Below the pieces are notes generated by a model that was not told the DNA's origin, searched no databases, and was given only the letters and a program-made list of their open reading frames with translations. From contig OY764216.1 of the NCBI GenBank assembly GCA_963668315.1, positions 992,001 through 1,056,000 on the forward strand: 64,000 nt of DNA, given 5' to 3'. The stretch's first letter is position 1. Every line of letters begins with the position of its first letter. Origin of the DNA: Spirochaetia bacterium (lineage in GTDB: Bacteria > Spirochaetota > Spirochaetia > DSM-2461). A program made the translations under genes and the position numbers. This document shows, piece after piece, positions 57,301 through 64,000 of the stretch.

Positions 57301-58830
57301 ATGAAAAATGATGAAATGCTGACCATGCGTGGCATTTGCAAGGAATTCCCTGGAGTCAAAGCCCTGCAAAACGTGGACTTTACCCTGAAAAAAGGAGAGA
57401 TACATGCTCTCATGGGGGAAAACGGTGCCGGAAAAAGCACCCTTATTAAGGTCCTGACCGGAGTGTATCCCCTGGGAGAGGGGGATATCCGCGTAGAGGG
57501 GTTTGACGGTCCGGTGATTAACCATTCCCCCGAAGAAGCCCAGAGAAACGGGATCAGCACGGTGTATCAGGAGGTTAACCTCTGTCCCAATATTTCCGTG
57601 TCTGAGAATATCTCCCTGGCCCGGCAGCCCCTGACCAAATGGGGCGCGGTCAATTGGAAGAAAATGAATAAAAGAGCCGTAAACGCCCTGAAGGCGGTCG
57701 GCCTGGATATAGACGTGACAAAGCCCCTGGGCGATTACTCCGTGGCCATTCAGCAGATGGTCGCCATCGCCCGGGCCGTGGACGTTCAGTGCAAGGTTCT
57801 CATTCTGGACGAGCCGACCAGCTCCCTGGACGACCAGGAAGTGGGAAAGCTTTTCGAGGTAATGAGGGGGCTGAAGGCCGAAGGGGTTTCCATCGTATTC
57901 GTCACCCACTTCCTGGAGCAGGTTTATGAGATCTGCGACGTGATTACGGTACTGCGAAACGGCGAACTGGTAGACCGGTTCGAGGTGGCGGAACTGCCCC
58001 GAGTTCAGCTGGTCGCCAAGATGCTGGGCCATGAGTACGACGACCTGGCGGAGATAAGAAGCCAGGACGCCGCCGAGGACGTAGCGGTTAAGAGGGAAGC
58101 CCCCATTCTTCAGGCGGACAATCTGGGGAAAGCGGGATCTATCAAACCCTTCGACCTGGAGATTCGCAAGGGCGAGGTCATCGGCCTCACCGGACTTCTG
58201 GGATCGGGCCGCTCCGAACTGGCCCGCCTTCTCTACTGCGCCGACAAGCCGGACAGGGGAGCGCTCAGTTTCAAGGGAAGCCCCCTGAAGGCGCGGAATC
58301 CCATGGATGCCCTGAAGAGAGGCATGGCCTTTCTGCCGGAAGACCGGAAGGAAGAGGGAATCATCGGAGATCTGTCGGTCCGGGAGAATCTGATTATCGC
58401 CCTGCAGGCACGCACGGGGATGTTCAAACTTCTCCCCCAGTCAAAGCAGAACGAACTGGCCGACAAATTCATCAAGCTGCTCAACATTAAAACCGCTTCG
58501 CCGGAAACGCCGATAAACCAGCTCTCCGGAGGTAATCAGCAGAAGGTGATCCTGGGCCGCTGGCTTATCACCAATCCGGATTTCCTGATCCTTGACGAGC
58601 CCACCCGGGGAATCGACGTGGGAACCAAGGCCGAGATTCAGAAGCTCGTCGTACAGCTGGCAGGCGAAGGGGTCACGGTTATGTTCATCAGCTCGGAGAT
58701 CGAAGAGATGCTCCGGACGGTGGACCGTCTCTTTGTTCTGTGCGACAGGAAGAAAACCGGAGAACTGAGAAACAGAAACATTACCCAGCAGGAAGTAATG
58801 GCAGCCATAGCGGGAGGACATCAGGAATGA
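57301..58830 (+). CDS. ytfR: Sugar ABC transporter ATP-binding protein (CUT2, two NBDs)
   Basis: GENGAGKST, LDEPTSSL, PEDRK.EG, LSGGNQQKV, DEPTRGIDVG. Confidence 0.88.
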   Translation: MKNDEMLTMRGICKEFPGVKALQNVDFTLKKGEIHALMGENGAGKSTLIKVLTGVYPLGEGDIRVEGFDGPVINHSPEEAQRNGISTVYQEVNLCPNISVSENISLARQPLTKWGAVNWKKMNKRAVNALKAVGLDIDVTKPLGDYSVAIQQMVAIARAVDVQCKVLILDEPTSSLDDQEVGKLFEVMRGLKAEGVSIVFVTHFLEQVYEICDVITVLRNGELVDRFEVAELPRVQLVAKMLGHEYDDLAEIRSQDAAEDVAVKREAPILQADNLGKAGSIKPFDLEIRKGEVIGLTGLLGSGRSELARLLYCADKPDRGALSFKGSPLKARNPMDALKRGMAFLPEDRKEEGIIGDLSVRENLIIALQARTGMFKLLPQSKQNELADKFIKLLNIKTASPETPINQLSGGNQQKVILGRWLITNPDFLILDEPTRGIDVGTKAEIQKLVVQLAGEGVTVMFISSEIEEMLRTVDRLFVLCDRKKTGELRNRNITQQEVMAAIAGGHQE

Positions 58831-59912
58831 ATGAACTCGGTTTAAAAGCAAAACACGGGGCGAGGGCCCTTGTGGGGAAATCTCTCTTTCTTCCCCTGTT
58901 CGCCCTTTTTCTCGTTTTGATCGTCAATGTGATCAAGACCCCCTCGTTTTTTAATATAACCATACAGAACGGGGTGCTCTACGGGTACACCATAGACATA
59001 ATCAACCGGTCGAGCGAACTGGTCATTCTGGCCGTGGGCATGACGCTGGTTATCGCCACCGGGGGAATCGACATCTCCGTGGGAGCCGTGAGCGCCCTGG
59101 CCGCCGCGGTCTGCGTGCGGATGCTGGGGTCCAGTTACGACTCCTATGCCTCCCCCATGGCCGTCTGTATTCTGGCCGCCCTGATCATGGGTATGATTCT
59201 GGGAGCCTTCAACGGATTCCTGGTCGCCCGGCTGCGGATCCAGGCCATGGTGGCCACGCTGATCCTCTTCACCGCGGGACGGGGCATCGCCCAGCTAATC
59301 AGCGCCCGGGAGATCGGGGGCAAGATGGTGCCGGGGCAGATCATCTATGTGCGCATGGAGTCCTTCAAGGGCATCGGCGGATTTCTCCCCCACGTTATCG
59401 TACCCACGCCGGTATTCATCGCCGCGGCGGTGGTGCTGATCTTCTATCTGGTTCTGACGAAGACGGCCCTGGGCCTCTACATCAAAACGGTGGGAATCAA
59501 CAGCCGGGCGGGCCGCCTGGTGGGAATCAACTCCACCTTCATCATGTTCCTCTGCTACGTGCTCTGCGGTCTGACCGCCGCCATGGCCGGGGTTATCTCC
59601 TCCAGCCGCATCTACTCCAGCGACGCCAACAACATCGGCCTGAACATGGAACTGGACGCCATCCTGGCCGTCGCCCTGGGGGGCAACAGCATGGCCGGGG
59701 GCAAATTCAGCCTGGCCGGATCGGTCATCGGCGCCATAACCATACAGGCCCTGACCACCAGCCTCTACGCCATGGGTGTTACCGCCGACCAGCTGCCCGT
59801 GTTCAAAGCCATCGTGGTTATCATCATCGTATCCATCCAGTCGGAGGAACTGAAGCGGTGGATAAGCGCCTGGAATCATAACAAAAATGCCAACAAGGTG
59901 AGTGCCGAATGA
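58827..59912 (+). CDS. ytfT: Sugar ABC transporter permease
   Basis: GMTLVIATGGIDISVG; ELDAILAV.LGG; ATGA coupling to the ATPase. Confidence 0.82.
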   Translation: MNELGLKAKHGARALVGKSLFLPLFALFLVLIVNVIKTPSFFNITIQNGVLYGYTIDIINRSSELVILAVGMTLVIATGGIDISVGAVSALAAAVCVRMLGSSYDSYASPMAVCILAALIMGMILGAFNGFLVARLRIQAMVATLILFTAGRGIAQLISAREIGGKMVPGQIIYVRMESFKGIGGFLPHVIVPTPVFIAAAVVLIFYLVLTKTALGLYIKTVGINSRAGRLVGINSTFIMFLCYVLCGLTAAMAGVISSSRIYSSDANNIGLNMELDAILAVALGGNSMAGGKFSLAGSVIGAITIQALTTSLYAMGVTADQLPVFKAIVVIIIVSIQSEELKRWISAWNHNKNANKVSAE

Positions 59913-60949
59913 ATGTCTTAGAACAAGTTAAAAGAAAAGTCACCGGAACAAATTTTCTTCTCATGGTCACCATTGTCATGTTCTTCCTCATGTACCTGCT
60001 GGGAATCATCATCTACAGCGCCCAGGGCTTCGGCAAGATGCAGACCTTCATGAACATGCTCATCGACAACGCCGGCCTCATCATCGTCGCGGCGGGAATG
60101 ACCGTGGTCATCATAACCGGAGGCATCGATATCTCCGTGGGCTCCGTGGTGGGGCTGACCTGTATGATGCTGGCCTACATGATGCAGAATCTTGAAATGT
60201 CCGCCGGTGTTTCCATCGCCCTGGTGCTGGTTTTCGGCATTGTCTTCGGCTGCGTACAGGGCTGGCTCATCTCCTATCTGAACATCCAGCCCTTCATCGT
60301 GACCCTGGCGGGCATGTTCTTCTGCCGCGGCCTTACCGCCATGATCAGCGTGGATCAGATCGCCATCACCGTCAATCAGGCGTTCCTGGACATGGCCAAC
60401 AAAAACATCAGGATACCCTTCGGCGCGGTGGTGAACAAGCGGGGCATCAAGCTCTTTCCCTTCATCCATCCCAGCGTGGTCATCGCCCTGGTCACCCTGG
60501 CCGTGGTCTGGTACATCCTGCGCTACACCAAGTTCGGCCGCTCCGTCTTCGCCATCGGCGGGAGCGAGCAGTCGGCCATGCTCATGGGACTCAACGTGCG
60601 CCGGGTAAAGATGACCGCCTATGTGCTTAACGGATTTCTGGCATCCCTGGGGGGCTTCGTCTTCTGTCTGAACACGACCTCGGGCTTCGTTGAACAGGCC
60701 CGGGGCTTCGAGATGGAAGCCATCGCGTCCACCGTCATCGGAGGAACCCTGCTCACGGGAGGGGTGGGAACCGTTGTGGGAAGCTTCTTCGGAGTGCTCA
60801 TCAAAGCTATCATCGAAACCTACATCCGCTGCAACGGAACCCTTTCGTCCTGGTGGAATAAAATCGTCCTTTCCATTCTGCTCTGTTTCTTCATCGTGCT
60901 GCAGAGCGTATTCGCCGCCATCAGGAGACGGCACGGACAGGGAAATTAG
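59909..60949 (+). CDS. yjfF: Sugar ABC transporter permease
   Basis: GMT.VI.TGGIDISVG; FGR.VFAIGG.EQSA.LMGL; AIAS.VIGGTLLTGG.G; LSSWW.KI. Confidence 0.85.
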   Translation: MNVLEQVKRKVTGTNFLLMVTIVMFFLMYLLGIIIYSAQGFGKMQTFMNMLIDNAGLIIVAAGMTVVIITGGIDISVGSVVGLTCMMLAYMMQNLEMSAGVSIALVLVFGIVFGCVQGWLISYLNIQPFIVTLAGMFFCRGLTAMISVDQIAITVNQAFLDMANKNIRIPFGAVVNKRGIKLFPFIHPSVVIALVTLAVVWYILRYTKFGRSVFAIGGSEQSAMLMGLNVRRVKMTAYVLNGFLASLGGFVFCLNTTSGFVEQARGFEMEAIASTVIGGTLLTGGVGTVVGSFFGVLIKAIIETYIRCNGTLSSWWNKIVLSILLCFFIVLQSVFAAIRRRHGQGN

Positions 60950-60956
60950 TCAATTT

Positions 60957-61133
60957 GGGGCTTGCGCGGGGAAGCTTCGCCTCCCCGCGCCGGGCTTTCC
61001 GCTCGAAAGGGCTTATCCGGGCCGCTTCTTCCGGCTCTGTCCCGCCGCCGGGCAGCCCGGGCCCTTAACCGCTTCAATAGCTTCGCTGTTCCTTATGGGG
61101 CAAAAAGCTTGTGCTGAACGGAATCCCTAAGCC
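60957..61133 (+). repeat. REP-like intergenic palindromic element, copy B (expanded)
   Basis: GCGCGGGGA/TCCCCGCGC hairpin, then CCGGGCTTTCCGCTCGAA (60990-61007) ... TAACCGCTTCAAT (61066-61078), matching the 36200-36281 element. Confidence 0.65.
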
Positions 61134-61211
61134 TATTCATCCGATCGTTTTTCCCTCGGTTCAACATAAAAAAAGCTATATGCTCTGTAATTTTAATGTT
61201 ATACTTTAAAT

Positions 61212-62354
61212 ATGCAAACCTATATTCCCCGTATCAAGGAAGAGATCATTATAAAACATCTCTCTGCTTTTCCAGCCGTTGCCCTTCTCGGGGCCAGACA
61301 GGTTGGTAAGTCTACCTTGGCAAAAAAAATCATAGAAAACTTTGCCGATGCGGTTTATCTAGATTTGGAGGATCCCCGGGATTTTGTTAAATTACAGGAA
61401 CCTCTCGCTTTTCTGGAAGCGAACAGCGGTTCTTTGATATGCATAGACGAGGTTCAGAGATATCCGGAGATTTTTCAGATATTCAGAAGTTATCTGGATA
61501 GAAGCCATCGGTCCGGCCAGCTTTTACTTCTTGGTTCCGCGTCCAGAGATCTCATTAAGCAAAGCTCAGAGACTCTGGCCGGAAGAATCTCCTATGTCGA
61601 AATCAATCCTTTCGTTGCTTCGGAAGTTGACGATTTAAAAAGGTTATGGTTGCAGGGCGGGTACCCCGGCTGTTTTCAACTGGAGGAAGAACTGAGTTTT
61701 GACTGGAGAGTGAATTATATCAGAACGTTTTTAGAGCGGGATATTCCACAGCTGGGTTTCAATATTCCTGCAGAAACATTAAGACGTTTCTGGGGGATGC
61801 TCGCCCATGTCAATGGTTCTCTTCTGAATCAAAGTGAACTGGCCTCGTCACTGGGGGTGAGTGTTCCCACTGTCAGAAATTATCTTGATATTCTGGAAGG
61901 AACATTCGTAATACGCCGGCTCCCTCCGTTTTATACAAACACGAAAAAGAGGCTGGTTAAGTCTCCGAAAATTTATATTCGGGACACGGGCCTCATCCAC
62001 TGCTTGCTGGGGATCGAGAGTTATAATGATCTTCTCGGCCATCCGGCTCTTGGAAACAGTTACGAAGCATTTATCATATCCAGTATTCTTGAGAAATATC
62101 CCCGCTACTACGCCAGTTTTTACCGCTCTTCCGGGGGAGCGGAAATCGATCTGGTCCTTGAAAAGGGGGAAAAACGAATAGCCATAGAGATTAAATCTTC
62201 CTCAGCGCCAAGGGTAACTCAGGGGTTTTATGAAGCTCTCAAGGTCATACAACCGATGAAAGCCTTTGTTGTCGCCCCTGTGGATAAGTCCTTTCCGTTA
62301 ATGGAAGATATATGGGTACATAATCTGAAATCCCTGTTGGAGCTGAACTTCTGA
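61212..62354 (+). CDS. AAA+ ATPase with DUF4143 domain
   Basis: GARQVGKST, IDEVQ, LLGSAS, ETLAGRI, GGYP, KSPKIY.RDTG, EID.V......AIEIK. Confidence 0.9.
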   Translation: MQTYIPRIKEEIIIKHLSAFPAVALLGARQVGKSTLAKKIIENFADAVYLDLEDPRDFVKLQEPLAFLEANSGSLICIDEVQRYPEIFQIFRSYLDRSHRSGQLLLLGSASRDLIKQSSETLAGRISYVEINPFVASEVDDLKRLWLQGGYPGCFQLEEELSFDWRVNYIRTFLERDIPQLGFNIPAETLRRFWGMLAHVNGSLLNQSELASSLGVSVPTVRNYLDILEGTFVIRRLPPFYTNTKKRLVKSPKIYIRDTGLIHCLLGIESYNDLLGHPALGNSYEAFIISSILEKYPRYYASFYRSSGGAEIDLVLEKGEKRIAIEIKSSSAPRVTQGFYEALKVIQPMKAFVVAPVDKSFPLMEDIWVHNLKSLLELNF

Positions 62355-62369
62355 TATGTACCCCTAAGC

Positions 62370-63419
62370 CTACTTGGCTGCCTTGACCTCGGTCCAGATC
62401 CTGTCCAGAACCTGGTTGAAATCGCCCAGATCGGTAAAAACCTCGCAGTTGTCAATGACGGCGGAAGGGGGATAGATCGCCGGATCGTTCCGGGTTTCCC
62501 CATCAAGCTGCTCCACGACCGAGGGAAGGGGAGAGGCGTACCCGATATATTCGGCGTTACGTTTGGCAATGTCTTCCCGGCAGAGAAAGTTCAGGAATTG
62601 ATGGGCCAGTTCCTTGTTCTCCGAATTCTCCAGAATCACCCAGTTGTCAAACCAGATATTTGAACCTTCGGAGGGAACGGCGTAATTCAGGTCGGGAAAA
62701 TCCTCGATGACCCACCCGTAGTCTCCCGAGTACACCAGAGCCATGTCCAGCTCGCCTCCGGAAACCATCTCCTTCAGGTTATCCTCTCCGTAAACAAGAA
62801 CCTTGTCCTTCTGGTCGATGAGAAGCCGCTGCGCCTCGGCGAGCTGCGATTCATCGGTGGTGTTGACCGAGTAGCCCAGAAGCTTGAGGGCGGGCACGAG
62901 GGAGTCCCGGGCGCTGTTGTACATCCCGATTCTTCCGGCGTATTTGTCACTCCAGAGCAGGGACCAGCTGTCCACCGGTTCGGAAACGGTTTCACTGTTA
63001 TAGAGAATTCCCAGGGTCCCCCACATATAGGGGAGGGAGTAGACGTTCTTGCCGTCGAAGGGAAGATCCATGAACCTTTTATCTATCAGGCTGCTGTTGG
63101 GCAGGGCGGAATAATCCAGTTTCGCCAGCATGCCTTCTTTTATCATCCTCTCCACCATGTAGTCTGAAGGACAGGCCAGATCGTAACTGTCCGCTCCCTG
63201 GTTGAGTTTGACGTACATCTCTTCGTTGGATGAGTAAAGGCTGTATACGACCTTGCAGCCCGTTTCCTTCTCGAAGTCGGTAATAATCGACTCGTCGATA
63301 TAGTCGCCCCAGTTATAAACGGACAGGACAGGTTTCTCGCTGCCCGAGCAGGACATCAGAATAAGGCTAACGAGTGCTGTCAGAATCACCGAACTCGTGT
63401 AAAAGTACTTCCTTTTCAA
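62370..63419 (-). CDS. potD: Spermidine/putrescine ABC transporter substrate-binding lipoprotein
   Basis: AAGGAG RBS before TTG; lipobox LMSC; YNWGDYI, SNEEMY.K, PSDY, PYMWGT.G, YSGD, EGSN.WFD. Confidence 0.92.
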   Translation of the reverse strand: MKRKYFYTSSVILTALVSLILMSCSGSEKPVLSVYNWGDYIDESIITDFEKETGCKVVYSLYSSNEEMYVKLNQGADSYDLACPSDYMVERMIKEGMLAKLDYSALPNSSLIDKRFMDLPFDGKNVYSLPYMWGTLGILYNSETVSEPVDSWSLLWSDKYAGRIGMYNSARDSLVPALKLLGYSVNTTDESQLAEAQRLLIDQKDKVLVYGEDNLKEMVSGGELDMALVYSGDYGWVIEDFPDLNYAVPSEGSNIWFDNWVILENSENKELAHQFLNFLCREDIAKRNAEYIGYASPLPSVVEQLDGETRNDPAIYPPSAVIDNCEVFTDLGDFNQVLDRIWTEVKAAK

Positions 63420-64000
63420 TAGTATAATTCTCCTTTTTTCTATTCTTTCTGCCGTTGATCAGAACCAGTATCAGGAATATGACCGTTAGCAGCAGAGTGG
63501 ACAAAGCATTGATCTTGGGGTTTATTCCCCGACGCGCCATGGCGTAGACCACGATGGACACGTTGTTGACCCCCGAGCCGGTGGTGAAAAAGCTGATGAC
63601 GAAATCATCGATGGAGAGGGTGAACGAAATCAGCCAGGCCGTCATGATCGTCGCTTTGAGCTGGGGGAAGATGACCCTTCGCAGGCAGTACCAGGGAGTC
63701 GCTCCCAGATCCAGGGCGGCTTCCAGCTGGGATGAGGCCAGGCTGCGCATCTGGGGAAGCACGGTGATTATCACATAGGGTATGGAAAAGGAGAGATGGG
63801 CCAGAAGCAGCGTCCCGAATCCGAATTTGAGCCGGAAGAACAGGAAAAGGGTCATAAGGGAGATGCCCGTTACCAGATCGGGGTTGATGAGGGGAAGGTC
63901 ATTCACCTTCATAATCAGATTCCGGGGAGCCTTCTTGAAATGGATGATGCCCCAGCTGGAAAGGAGACCCGCGGCGACGGAGAGGGAGGAGGAGATGAGG
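63367..64000 (-). CDS. potC: Spermidine/putrescine ABC permease (5' end beyond the window)
   Basis: LLAH..FSIPYV..TV.P, LEAALDLGA, FTLSIDDFVISFFT.G, INPKINALST; frame stays open to the window edge. Confidence 0.9.
   Translation of the reverse strand, partial: LISSSLSVAAGLLSSWGIIHFKKAPRNLIMKVNDLPLINPDLVTGISLMTLFLFFRLKFGFGTLLLAHLSFSIPYVIITVLPQMRSLASSQLEAALDLGATPWYCLRRVIFPQLKATIMTAWLISFTLSIDDFVISFFTTGSGVNNVSIVVYAMARRGINPKINALSTLLLTVIFLILVLINGRKNRKKENYTIEKEVLLHEFGDSDSTR

Noticed and set aside
53284..58032. Long antisense ORFs (53284..54987, 56206..58032)
   Set aside because: They are shadows of well-supported + strand genes with biased codon usage and have no recognisable motifs.
63367..63419. 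potC-potD fusion broken by a frameshift
   Set aside because: potD has its own AAGGAG RBS, TTG start and lipoprotein signal, so the 53-nt overlap is adequately explained by a C-terminal extension of potC.

Overview
Gene-dense 64 kb bacterial chromosomal segment, most likely from a free-living anaerobic spirochaete (Spirochaetaceae-like). This is an inference from the 'LFANG..E' N-termini of the solute-binding proteins, the Ig-like/OmpA envelope protein and the many lipoproteins. No rRNA, tRNA, integrase, transposase or genuine CRISPR array was seen. In order, the window holds: a sugar ABC/CutC/ROK/M81 operon; purine-catabolic genes (allE, a frameshifted adenine deaminase); an Rrf2-controlled hcp cluster containing a permease-less, signal-less 'ABC' module plus a G3E-type GTPase; tandem esterases; putP; three GGDEF cyclases; MarR-MATE; a degenerate Phd-PIN toxin-antitoxin pair; a cysD-cysNC-cysteate synthase-oxoamine synthase operon; surface lipoproteins; metR/metE2; a GH27/YtfQRT-YjfF sugar locus with a YesMN-type two-component system, split by an envelope-gene block; and potCD. 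The most notable candidate systems are (1) an apparent capnine/sulfonolipid biosynthesis operon outside Bacteroidota and (2) the cytoplasmic metal-handling module linked to hcp. Notable non-coding signals are repeated Rrf2 and MarR operators, a duplicated leaderless promoter with a leader ORF, two families of dispersed hairpin repeats, and a G10 tract in a surface lipoprotein gene. All product calls come from motif recognition by eye; no searches were run.
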